A stretch of DNA of 64,000 bases from Chryseobacterium gleum (GCA_945888595.1 CAMDAO010000003.1:1188-65187); one strand, 5' to 3'. Numbered from the stretch's first letter, positions 21,601-28,361 are shown. Numbers and translations are program-made. The notes: generated by a model not told the origin, from the sequence alone.

Positions 21601-24314
21601 GTAAAGCAAGAAAAGAAAAATACAAAACGGGAGGAACAGATGTGTCTGTAAATAAGTCAGGTTCTGTTGCTACTGAAAAAGTGAATGAAGTAAGAAATGA
21701 TCTTTTGGTTGACGATGCTGCGGAAGTAAGTAAGAATTATACTAAAATTGATGAATTACACGCTCAAGAAGAGATTTTAACAGGGTACAAAGATACATTA
21801 AAATCGCGCTTGGACAAAGTGAATCAATCGTTGCTCATTGAAAAAAATGAGCCAACCTTAGTAGAACAAAAAGAATCTTATACATCAGAATTGACCATCG
21901 TTGATTCTAAATTGAAACAAGTTACAAAAGCAATCTCAAGTATTGAAGAGTCAGCTCCTGTAGTGATGAATCCTGAATTGAAAAAACTAATAGATCATGA
22001 AGGAGAGATTAAAGAACAATTGGCAAAAACAGATTTATCTAAAAAAGAGCGCGCCTCGTTCGAAAAGGAATTGATCAAAGTCCAAAAAGAAAAGAGTGTA
22101 GTTGAAAATAAACTAATTACAGAAAATATTACTACGCGTAAAGTTGATAATCAAGCTCAGAGTGCCCAGTTAACAAATCTAGCAGCAACATCAGATGCGG
22201 CGAAATTAAATGCTGATTTAGCAACTTCTCAAAATAAGCGTCTGACGGCAGAAACAGACGTCTTAATTGCTCAAGCTGAAAAAACAAAAGATCCCTTAGA
22301 AAAAAATAAATTATTGAATCAAGCAATTGTTAAACAAGTAAAAGCAGATAATGCTGTTCAGAATGCGCTGAAAGAAAATGCAACCTTACTTGCTATAAAA
22401 TCAAAAGTTGAAACATTAGATTCGAAGGAACAATTAGAACAAAAGAAAGTTGGCTTAGAGCAAGAACTAACTGATTTAACAGCAGAAGAGAATCAATTGA
22501 ACGTAGATATTTCAGCAGTTAAACCCGCTAAAGCTGCCGACTTGCAAAAAAAGAAAGAGGGGTTAGTCTATGAAAAAACGTTAATCACAAAAGAACTAGA
22601 ATTGGTTACGAAACAGATTGACAACACCGTTCCAGTCCCAACAACTATTAGTTCAACTGCTATAGAACAGATTATTTCAACAAATGAAGAAAAAAGCCTA
22701 ATTGCCTCTAAAGAATATTTAGAATATGCTATAAATGCAAAAGCGGCTATTCGAGTTGAGGGAGAAATTAAGGAATCTGAGGCAACGTTGACAGAAAAAA
22801 GACAAATTGCAAAGGACTTAATAGGTAAGTCATTAGATAAAAAGAATGCTGTTTTACCTACCGATATTGCTCAAGCCGTAGAAAATGTCAAAATAGTTGA
22901 AGATGAAATCTCTACGTTGAAACAAGAATTGGCTGAAAAACAAAAAAATGCAAGTACTGTGTTTGGGGGTATCCCTGATAAAAAGGGCAAACTGGAAAAT
23001 CTTTTGAAAAGGGAAATCGAACCTAGCTACAATAAAGATTTAGCGGAAGCAGAGGCGAAAAGAATGGAAGCAGAAGGGTTGACGATCGAAGCTAAAAAGG
23101 CAGAAGGTATTGAGATTGTTCCTGTTTTGACACCAATTAATATTTATTCCTCCACAAATCCAATTCCAGTGGATGTAAAGAATGGTTCAGGTCTGCTTTA
23201 TAGAATTCAGGTGGGAGCATTTTCTAAACCGATCGCACAAGATATGTACAAATCATTTACTCCAGTGTCTGGGGAAAAACTGAGTAGCGGAGTGACACGA
23301 TATATGGCGGGTTATTTTAATAAAAATGTAATTGCAGAAGAAGCACATACACAAGTGAAAGCGTTAGGCTATATGGATGCATTTATTGTAGCGTATTGCG
23401 ATGATAAACGAATTCCGCTCGCTGAAGCAAAAAGTTTAGAAGCATCAGGCGAATGTATTTCAACAAAAAGTGAGTTATTTGTGATTGCGACTTCTAAAAT
23501 GCCTTCGGCTACCTCCATGTCTAAAGAACCGAATACAACTGATTTGAGCTATAATATTGCACCGGGAGCAGCAAAAGCAACGCCTGTTGAATCTCATTTA
23601 GGTTTATTCTACACAGTTCAAGTTGGTGTATATAACAAGCCAGCAACTGCTAAACAATTAAAAAACATAGATCCTTTGGTTACAAAACGTTTACCGAATG
23701 GTCAGATTCGATATTCATCAGGGATGTTTAATTCGATTGAAGCCGCAAAACCTAAAAAAGCCGATGCTAGGGCAAAAGGTGTGAAAGATGCATTTATTAG
23801 CGCTTATTATAAAGGAGAAAGAATAACCTTATCGCAAGCAAGTCTTTTACTGAAAAAGAATGGAGAAGGAATTTTGGAGAAACTCGACAACGAATTGGTT
23901 TCTTCAGTTCAGCCAGCTGAAAAAATATCTACCGTTATTCCTACTGAAAACAGTAAGGCAACAACTAATTACAATGTGGGACCAGGAGCTGTTAAAGCAA
24001 CAGCGGTGGAGACAAAGTTAGGCTTATTCTTTACGGTTCAAATTGGTGTATATAGCAAACCAGCTACTAAAAAACAGTTGAATAATGTAACAGATTTAAT
24101 CACGAAGAAATTGCCAAATGGGCAACTACGTTATTCATGTGGTATGTATACCTCAATTGAAGCGGCTGAACCTAAACGTCAGGAGGCATTATCAAAAGGT
24201 GTGAATCATGCTTATATTACGGCGTATTATCAGGGTGAACGAATTACCATTTCTGAAGCAAAAGAATTGCTGCGTATCAATGGCGATTCAATTTTAGAAA
24301 AAATAGAAAAATAA
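15642..24314 (+). CDS. Giant (2890 aa) envelope protein: signal peptide, TPR, TolB-like PD40 repeats, CarboxypepD_reg-like domain, ~2000-aa repetitive coiled coil, three C-terminal SPOR domains
   Basis: Single uninterrupted 8.7-kb ORF with signal peptide MILKSIYLLVLVVFSTTFSFSQ and TPR-like AYYFLAKAFHLNYQFNDAIKYYKIY. PD40-like DGNYLYFSSKGHNSMGGFDVF and AYFASGRQSEEGKLFVYKV. An E/K/L/Q-rich middle region. SPOR-like YRIQVGAFSKP, FYTVQVGVYNKPATAKQL and FFTVQIGVYSKPATKKQL. Confidence 0.85.
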   Translation: MILKSIYLLVLVVFSTTFSFSQETIEEVKSTADKLFEDEKYLEATPYYLRLLAIEPRNHNYNFRYGTCLLYNTSKGQDVFKYLNYAVTNEAVEVEAYYFLAKAFHLNYQFNDAIKYYKIYQTKAAENAKQVLDVKRQIEMCENGKRLITTITEMVVIDKKEIEVEKFFRIYDLSNIGGNLLVTAEFQTKIDEKKAHIPLIHFPENPTVIYYSSYGDNGKTGKDIYVRRRLPTGGWGVPQAIQGGVNTNFDEDYPYMHPDGNYLYFSSKGHNSMGGFDVFRCKYDAETDVFGMAENIDYAVSSPDDDLFYVVDSLNKNAYFASGRQSEEGKLFVYKVRVDRVPLNMSVVKGQFSSTINAAQKNVFVDVKDYATGEFIGNFNSNDKGVYLITFPKGGKYEFTIKVGDSPQEYKYIASIPFLKEFKPLKQKIIHAMDGDRENVKVIDLFDEQMEDPQAVFAQVLKLKAVLAPNISQEEIALLDKDLKSKQVLEELGIGKLSLVEVGYLLDEEVKDAEKAQGGTAEIENKVNTQIIGNSKEINRLDLVIKSKLDKANVADSDKKKYKLLKEADRALKLQEDLKLLNEVSLKYADSISKIPVTGSEAKTAEVKKFAQHFNELLKDNKQKEAYAYLYDNKIAIKNIIEVKAPDPLQDMIDRGLILDNEINRLQPKDDQYARDIKKIELDIATLEQSKVTAKNKDLSDIQAAIKSKMNEKNMITEERNFNGVGLNDKITERSSLRKRIDILAEIYDIKADKIISKEELTSALASSKATNSAAIRKELGEEITSLLLKSPDIKEIDYSEMEGELGSVVTKSRTQSDKIKTDPSLTAEQKATKLNAVNAELLTTINKEVSIAKRAVEKNPTDPNLKAKLDALQFSKSLVAASLDIPSDEVDAEVVTSTVSNGSSTNPTSTSVAVNSEKPTNGTTSSEGSLKPPIVTDSPKTEVTKNTEVSATVPSTESKSGSTSAATVPKVSAKGGEVASSQSASTTKSSASDVNKNNEDLKASQAETNSASRENETAKATNSSPLTVKEKELLVETVNPSYNEKVEKISSNLSLSAVEKLKQLQDADNELLSGIEVSISKTESELKKAPSDSALKDKLTDFKAVQSDLTAAISKREKEIGTNGISNSTNPISAKEKETLVESVNSSYNEQVTVINTSGSLSETDKLNQLQALDKGLLTAVTSQLTNTELAVKNSPTDPVLAKKAADLKTVQSDLKSAISARDRVISTVGQPYTQKAKTEIIDGLSPMYIVKVADINKNTTISEPEKLAQLQKADKELLISVNKEISALENNVKNNADPQLIKELGDYKSLKNELESAISTRENTIVAATGQPGKGEELTSQNRVQNTTGTSTEPANTSANKAPVKNDEKINTVTQNDPAVNQKESNLTSQNSVKQTTSTSAESPNNTSNKAPIKNDEKSNLIESVNSSYNEEVAKVNANNSLTSNEKLNQIQLLDRSLIESITKELKTTSDTKKKENLASLKKELEGNITARELVIAANFKPVDKAVKANVIKSIDSKYDKKVEAINTNADLSISEKLTQLHELDFEVISKIKQEISEVTADLAKKPTDALLIKKIEDLKAVQADLEHELANRESVIAATTTIVDEKAKAELIESVSSQYNEKVQVLKNNEYLLDSEKQAEYQKIDQQLLQSIEKEIVSLEGEMTSNPSNSQSKRKLEGLKIVKSDLQKSISVREKSLAPESALSNPLAANAGLIETISKGYTEKLTLINEDAFISHTDKLIQFEKLDKELQLVLNKEVTKSISAAKKKPNDPELQKRKNDLIALKKILDEVVNEAPQQILNSLAASVTDQQKNTLISDVKPGHEGKTQGIKNSSKEPIKIIEELIIEEKALISKLEAEEKINQVNLKKEPKNEDLKRKSTVITVAIEESELRISALNSGAVTLTISDINQKALVSKVDPTFESDVKTLFESNSPTKSNDLASREDKLQEKILSQISANNEEIANNYTVELAAENQILNQKLIESKARKEKYKTGGTDVSVNKSGSVATEKVNEVRNDLLVDDAAEVSKNYTKIDELHAQEEILTGYKDTLKSRLDKVNQSLLIEKNEPTLVEQKESYTSELTIVDSKLKQVTKAISSIEESAPVVMNPELKKLIDHEGEIKEQLAKTDLSKKERASFEKELIKVQKEKSVVENKLITENITTRKVDNQAQSAQLTNLAATSDAAKLNADLATSQNKRLTAETDVLIAQAEKTKDPLEKNKLLNQAIVKQVKADNAVQNALKENATLLAIKSKVETLDSKEQLEQKKVGLEQELTDLTAEENQLNVDISAVKPAKAADLQKKKEGLVYEKTLITKELELVTKQIDNTVPVPTTISSTAIEQIISTNEEKSLIASKEYLEYAINAKAAIRVEGEIKESEATLTEKRQIAKDLIGKSLDKKNAVLPTDIAQAVENVKIVEDEISTLKQELAEKQKNASTVFGGIPDKKGKLENLLKREIEPSYNKDLAEAEAKRMEAEGLTIEAKKAEGIEIVPVLTPINIYSSTNPIPVDVKNGSGLLYRIQVGAFSKPIAQDMYKSFTPVSGEKLSSGVTRYMAGYFNKNVIAEEAHTQVKALGYMDAFIVAYCDDKRIPLAEAKSLEASGECISTKSELFVIATSKMPSATSMSKEPNTTDLSYNIAPGAAKATPVESHLGLFYTVQVGVYNKPATAKQLKNIDPLVTKRLPNGQIRYSSGMFNSIEAAKPKKADARAKGVKDAFISAYYKGERITLSQASLLLKKNGEGILEKLDNELVSSVQPAEKISTVIPTENSKATTNYNVGPGAVKATAVETKLGLFFTVQIGVYSKPATKKQLNNVTDLITKKLPNGQLRYSCGMYTSIEAAEPKRQEALSKGVNHAYITAYYQGERITISEAKELLRINGDSILEKIEK
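18093..21630 (+). repeat. About 10 divergent ~100-aa (about 300-nt) tandem protein modules inside the giant ORF
   Basis: Recurring pattern K.K..LIESVN.SYNEKV..IN....LS..EKL.QLQ.LD..LL..I..E.......KK.P.D..L..K..DLK.VQ.DL...IS.RE..I. Units start near 18093, 18712, 19034, 19341, 19908, 20156, 20461, 20765, 21072 and 21361. Confidence 0.75.
23194..24311 (+). other. Three SPOR (peptidoglycan-binding) domains at the C-terminus of the giant ORF
   Basis: Approximate domains at 23194-23445, 23603-23880 and 24023-24311. The last two, with their ~25-aa leaders (NIAPGAAKATPVESHLG / NVGPGAVKATAVETKLG), are an obvious duplication. Confidence 0.7.
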
Positions 24315-24339
24315 TTTTTTTTGAGAGCAAGTTTTAGCT

Positions 24340-24347
24340 TATTTTTG
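24340..24347 (+). promoter_or_regulatory. Bacteroidota -7 box (TATTTTTG) upstream of clpS
   Basis: TAnnTTTG match 21 nt upstream of the ATG at 24368. Confidence 0.4.
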
Positions 24348-24367
24348 TAAAATATAACTGATAGAAA

Positions 24368-24640
24368 ATGCAAAAGACAGAATATTATTCAGAGGAGTTA
24401 GTTTTAGATGAGTTAGTAGATCAGAAGGATTTAATCGTATTTAACGACGATGTAAACTCTTTTGATCATGTTATTGCATCTTTAATAAAGATTTGCAAGC
24501 ATACAGACGTTCAAGCAGAGCAATGCACAATGATCATTCATTATAACGGAAAATGTCAGGTTAAACGAGGAGAATACGAAAAGTTAGAACCTATGTGTAC
24601 CGCACTTTTAGAAAAGGGAATAACCGCAGAAATTCAATAA
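24368..24640 (+). CDS. clpS: ATP-dependent Clp protease adaptor ClpS
   Basis: 90 aa. FNDDVNSFDHVI...QAEQCTMIIHYNGKCQVKRGEYEKLEP is the canonical ClpS core. Confidence 0.85.
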   Translation: MQKTEYYSEELVLDELVDQKDLIVFNDDVNSFDHVIASLIKICKHTDVQAEQCTMIIHYNGKCQVKRGEYEKLEPMCTALLEKGITAEIQ

Positions 24641-24676
24641 ATTTGAGAGAAAAGTTGTCATTTAGAAAAAACTGAC

Positions 24677-24684
24677 TATCTTTG
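24677..24684 (+). promoter_or_regulatory. Bacteroidota -7 box (TATCTTTG) for tRNA-Arg
   Basis: TAnnTTTG match 12 nt upstream of the tRNA 5' end. Confidence 0.5.
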
Positions 24685-24696
24685 TTCACACAAAAT

Positions 24697-24770
24697 GGCT
24701 TTGTAGCTCAACTGAATAGAGCACTACATTACGGCTGTAGAGGTTTTAGGTTTGAATCCTAACAAGGTCA
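24697..24770 (+). tRNA. tRNA-Arg (anticodon ACG)
   Basis: Hand-folded cloverleaf: acceptor GGCTTTG/CAAGGTC (two G-U pairs), anticodon stem CTACA/TGTAG with loop TTACGGC, T arm TTAGG-TTTGAAT-CCTAA. CCA is not encoded. Confidence 0.85.
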
Positions 24771-24781
24771 CAATTAAGAAA

Positions 24782-24816
24782 GTTAGATAGTTGTATATCA
24801 ATTATCTAGCTTTTTT
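24782..24816 (+). terminator. Rho-independent terminator after tRNA-Arg(ACG)
   Basis: Stem TAGATAGTTG / CAATTATCTA (one G-U), loop TATAT, followed by TTTTTT. Confidence 0.6.
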
Positions 24817-25263
24817 GTTTCCCCACATATTCCCCACAACTAATTAAACGCATAAAAAAACGCCCAACTGTTAAGATGAACGTTAATATTAAATGAATTA
24901 ATTGTGGCGTCATAATTTTATTTTAACACCTATACCTTGTGCATTCATTATAAAACCAGCTCTACCGATATTAATATTACTTTCTATCATAAATATAGTA
25001 ACAATTAATGCTATCGCACCTCCACTATACATGTACAAGTTTTTTTCAAAATCCGTTTGAACAACAAAACTTCATGAAGAAGCTGCTATTCCAGAACCTA
25101 AAATAATTAATCCATTAGTGTAATGTTTTGAAGCTAATTGCAATTCATCGCCTGCTGAATTTAATTGCCATTGTGGTACATTAAGATTTGAACTTAAGTT
25201 ATAAAATTAATTGTAAAATTTAATCTGACCCCCCTATCTCATTAAACAAATAGTTCAAAAAGT

Positions 25264-25297
25264 CAAAAAGCCCTGCAAATTTGATACTTGCAGAGCT
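25264..25297 (-). terminator. Rho-independent terminator ending the minus-strand tRNA run
   Basis: On the minus strand: GCTCTGCAA-loop-TTGCAGGGC followed by TTTTT, about 30 nt downstream of tRNA-Asp. Confidence 0.6.
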
Positions 25298-25327
25298 TTT
25301 CTGATTCCCGCAGCCATACGAGACTTG

Positions 25328-25401
25328 CGGTCCGGACGGGACTCGAACCCGCGACCTCCGCCGTGACAGGGCGGCATTCTAACCAACTGAACTACCGAAC
25401 C
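25328..25401 (-). tRNA. tRNA-Asp (anticodon GTC)
   Basis: Reverse complement GGTTCGGTAGTTCAGTTGGTTAGAATGCCGCCCTGTCACGGCGGAGGTCGCGGGTTCGAGTCCCGTCCGGACCG. Anticodon loop CTGTCAC. Confidence 0.9.
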
Positions 25402-25603
25402 AATATTTTGTAAGTCAAAAATTGACTTTTCGAAAACAATCGAACTTTTCGTGTCATCTTTAGATGACTTAAAAAGTGAAATACTGTGTATGCTTTACGT
25501 TTAAAGCGCTGCAAAGGTAAGCATTAATTATTGATTTACAAGCTACTTTTGTAAAAATAATATTTAAAAAAGTGAAAGCTTCATTAACCGATACTTACAT
25601 TAG

Positions 25604-25677
25604 TGATCCCGTTTGGATTCGAACCAAAGACCTGCTCATTAGAAGTGAGCTGCTCTATCCAGCTGAGCTACGGAACC
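25604..25677 (-). tRNA. tRNA-Arg (anticodon TCT)
   Basis: Reverse complement GGTTCCGTAGCTCAGCTGGATAGAGCAGCTCACTTCTAATGAGCAGGTCTTTGGTTCGAATCCAAACGGGATCA. Anticodon stem GCTCA/TGAGC, loop CTTCTAA. Confidence 0.9.
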
Positions 25678-25701
25678 TGTTATGATGTCAATTTTAAAAT
25701 G

Positions 25702-25726
25702 AAAAAGGGAATGATTTCTCATTCCC
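25702..25726 (-). terminator. Hairpin plus T-run between tRNA-Pro and tRNA-Arg(TCT)
   Basis: Perfect 8-bp stem GGGAATGA/TCATTCCC with a 4-nt loop, followed on the minus strand by TTTTT. Confidence 0.5.
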
Positions 25727-25730
25727 TCAG

Positions 25731-25805
25731 TCGGGGTGGCAGGATTCGAACCTGCGACCTCCTGGTCCCAAACCAGGCGCGATAACCGAGCTACGCTACA
25801 CCCCG
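25731..25805 (-). tRNA. tRNA-Pro (anticodon TGG)
   Basis: Reverse complement CGGGGTGTAGCGTAGCTCGGTTATCGCGCCTGGTTTGGGACCAGGAGGTCGCAGGTTCGAATCCTGCCACCCCGA. Anticodon stem CCTGG/CCAGG, loop TTTGGGA. Confidence 0.9.
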
Positions 25806-25866
25806 AATTTAATTTCGGTTTTCATTTCAATTACTTTTCTCTAAGACGTTTCTTAGAAAACGAGTG

Positions 25867-25874
25867 CAAAGATA
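25867..25874 (-). promoter_or_regulatory. Bacteroidota -7 box (TATCTTTG, minus strand) upstream of tRNA-Pro
   Basis: The minus strand reads GGTATCTTTGCACTCG. The same TTTGCACT context occurs upstream of tRNA-Ser. Confidence 0.4.
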
Positions 25875-25912
25875 CCTTTTTTTTCTTAGTATACAAGCAT
25901 TTTTGAAAATAA

Positions 25913-26002
25913 TGGCGGAGAGAGCGGGATTCGAACCCGCGGTACAGTTACCCGTACGTCAGTTTAGCAAACTGGTGGTTTCAGCCACTCACCCATCCCT
26001 CC
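25913..26002 (-). tRNA. tRNA-Ser (anticodon GCT), long variable arm, CCA encoded
   Basis: Reverse complement GGAGGGATGGGTGAGTGGCTGAAACCACCAGTTTGCTAAACTGACGTACGGGTAACTGTACCGCGGGTTCGAATCCCGCTCTCTCCGCCA. Anticodon loop TTGCTAA. It is the only one of the five tRNAs with a genomic CCA. Confidence 0.85.
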
Positions 26003-26025
26003 GGACGTCTTAAAAGAACGAAGTG

Positions 26026-26033
26026 CAAAAGTA
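26026..26033 (-). promoter_or_regulatory. Bacteroidota -7 box (TACTTTTG, minus strand) upstream of tRNA-Ser
   Basis: The minus strand reads TTACTTTTGCACTTCG, 23 nt upstream of the tRNA 5' end. Confidence 0.45.
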
Positions 26034-26101
26034 ATAAAAGCATCCGTTTTTCAACGCTTTTTTGTAATTAATATTAAAATAAAATAAAATTACAGCTAAC
26101 T

Positions 26102-26665
26102 TTAAGACAAACTAGCTAAAGACCAAACTTTTGTACTTTCTAAAATAAACAACAAAACCCACAGATAAAGGCTAGGGGAGTGCTTTACATGAAAAATTGA
26201 GTAGATGAATAATAAAACGATACTCGAATATTCAAGCAAAGGTTGATTGAATAGCAGACCTGCTAGTAGCAAACAAATAGGTATAATGGCTATAACTCTG
26301 ATCGTAGTCGATTTATTTTCTGCTGCTGTTACTATAATCCAAAGCACTAAACCTAAGTGATACGCTATTTTAAAAAGATCTGTTATCACTCCTTCTGATA
26401 ATTTTGTCATTTCTGCAGAGTTCAAAAATAGCTGCCAATAAAATTCATTGGAAAAAATAGCTAATACCCCGACGATTATTACGAGGACAGAAGTGTACGG
26501 TTTGACTTTGAAATGTATCGGACAGAATGAAATCGCAACTATTAAAAATATGATTTCATTCAATGGAAATGGAAAGATAACTGTATGATATTGGAATATT
26601 CCTGTCAATGCATACATGGAAATAGTTAATCCAGCTAATGTGACCGTTTTTCCTTCTCTTGTCAT
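26102..26665 (-). CDS. Hypothetical polytopic membrane protein
   Basis: 187-aa ORF with about 6 hydrophobic segments. Its start overlaps the map stop by 4 nt, suggesting co-transcription. Confidence 0.6.
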   Translation of the reverse strand: MTREGKTVTLAGLTISMYALTGIFQYHTVIFPFPLNEIIFLIVAISFCPIHFKVKPYTSVLVIIVGVLAIFSNEFYWQLFLNSAEMTKLSEGVITDLFKIAYHLGLVLWIIVTAAENKSTTIRVIAIIPICLLLAGLLFNQPLLEYSSIVLLFIYSIFHVKHSPSLYLWVLLFILESTKVWSLASLS

Positions 26666-27465
26666 TTTTGTTTTTTAGCCAATGCGTCTTCCACATATTT
26701 AAAGGTAGAAAGTACTTCAGGTTTCCCATTAACTACTGCTACATCATGCTCGAAATGAGCACTCGGTTTTCCATCTGCTGTTACGATGGTCCATTCGTCA
26801 GAAAGCGTTATTACTTTTTCCGTACCTAAATTGATCATAGGTTCAATAGCGATTGTCAACCCTTCTTGAATTTTTTTTCCTCGACCTCGTCTTCCGTAAT
26901 TGGCAACTTGCGGATCTTCATGCATAGCTCGTCCTAAGCCATGTCCAACTAAATCACGAACCACTCCGTAACCGTTTTTTTCAGCATGAGTTTGAATAGC
27001 CCAGCCAATATCTTCTATCCTATTTCCTACTTTTGTTTGCTCAATTCCTAAATCCAAACATTCCTTGGTCACTTGTAGCAATTTTTTTATTTCTGGAGTT
27101 ACTTCTCCTACTTCGAACGTATAGGCGTGATCTCCATAGAAACCTTCGAATAGTGATCCACAATCTACTGAAATGATATCTCCTTCGTTGAGTATTCTTT
27201 TGGAAGGAATCCCATGAACTACTTGCTCATTAATACTAATACAAAGTGAATTTGGAAAGCCATATAAACCTAAAAATCCGGGCACTGCATTTTGAGAACG
27301 AATGTATTCTTCAGCTATTTTATCTAGAAAAAGTGGTGTTATTCCTGGTTTTACTTCCGCGGCGATAATTCCTAATGTGCGACTTACAATTTGAGCTGCC
27401 TCACGCATTACTTCAATTTCTGCTGGTGTTTTATATATAATCATATTTCGATTGAAGAAAGTCAT
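26662..27465 (-). CDS. map: Type I methionine aminopeptidase
   Basis: VVHGIP, metal ligands in ISVDCGSLFEGFYGDHAYTF, GHGLGRAMHEDP and AIEPM. An alternative start is at MIIYKT (27444). Confidence 0.9.
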   Translation of the reverse strand: MTFFNRNMIIYKTPAEIEVMREAAQIVSRTLGIIAAEVKPGITPLFLDKIAEEYIRSQNAVPGFLGLYGFPNSLCISINEQVVHGIPSKRILNEGDIISVDCGSLFEGFYGDHAYTFEVGEVTPEIKKLLQVTKECLDLGIEQTKVGNRIEDIGWAIQTHAEKNGYGVVRDLVGHGLGRAMHEDPQVANYGRRGRGKKIQEGLTIAIEPMINLGTEKVITLSDEWTIVTADGKPSAHFEHDVAVVNGKPEVLSTFKYVEDALAKKQK

Positions 27466-27911
27466 TCGTTTTTTTTACTGCAAAGGTAATTAAATAAGTT
27501 AATTGATTTTTCCGAATGTACCTGATTCGATAGGAACGTTACTCATTCTTTGTGAAAGGGCAAATTCATTAGCAGACCTAGACTTAAATTGAAAGGAGAG
27601 GAATCAAAATATGCTTGATGAAATCGTGTAATTGGCAGCGTTACGTGAATCTGTCCATTGATTTGCGCTTACCTCCAGCACTACCGATCTTTTCACTACC
27701 GTTCAGTCTTCACAAATAGTATTTGTTCTTCTTCGAAAATTACATTTTCTCTTCATCAAGGCAAAGTAAGATCATAATAACAGAAGTAGATTTGAGGGTT
27801 AGATTTAAAATATATTGTTTTAGCTCCGCAGAAATACGCTCTGATTCTTTTTAGTAAGAAGTTATACTTTATCTATAAGCATTACTATGAGTTTCATCAG
27901 TTAATACAAAC

Positions 27912-28316
27912 TTATTTAGCAGCTTTAATATACTCTTTCATTGGTTTCCAGTAATACTTCTCCCACCCATCAAATAAGGTTTTGGCTTTGTGTTCTGGAA
28001 TACCTGATTGCTCGAAATATAGTTTCGTTTTGTTGTTTTCTAACTCAAAATAAAAGGTACATATCGAAAAGTGATCTTCCGGCCATCCATCTTCTGCAAA
28101 ATGCCATGCTTGAACAATTTTTTCACCTTCGATTAGTTCGATTGTATATCCATGACAATAGCCGTCAAATACAGAAAATGCATCATTAATTTCTGGATTA
28201 ATTTCAACTTTCGTTTTCGCAAATTGTGAATATTTCTCAGCATTGGTCAGCATTTCATATACTTTGATGGGAGTCGTGTTGAAAGATATGGCTTGTTTAA
28301 TTGTTTTTGTCTTCAT
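27912..28316 (-). CDS. SRPBCC / AHSA1-like domain protein
   Basis: 134 aa. ISFNTTPIKVYEMLTNAEKYSQF... with a C-terminal GWEKYYWKPMKEY is typical of Aha1/SRPBCC-fold proteins. Confidence 0.55.
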   Translation of the reverse strand: MKTKTIKQAISFNTTPIKVYEMLTNAEKYSQFAKTKVEINPEINDAFSVFDGYCHGYTIELIEGEKIVQAWHFAEDGWPEDHFSICTFYFELENNKTKLYFEQSGIPEHKAKTLFDGWEKYYWKPMKEYIKAAK

Positions 28317-28361
28317 TTTTTTGTTTTTTATTCTTGTGTGAAAATCAGTTTATTTTGCATT

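Noticed and set aside
25603-25785. 60-aa plus-strand ORF
   Set aside because: It runs antisense across tRNA-Arg(TCT) and tRNA-Pro and is an artefact of the GC-rich tRNA sequence.
27466-27911. RNase P RNA, tmRNA, SRP RNA or a cobalamin/SAM riboswitch in the long gap
   Set aside because: I looked on both strands for the cores I remember and found none. These were GAGGAAAGTCC (RNase P), a GGGGCTGA 5' end with a tRNA-like 3' end (tmRNA), GGAAGCAGC-type SRP domain IV, and the GCCACTG B12 box. The gap is kept only as an unexplained region in the findings.
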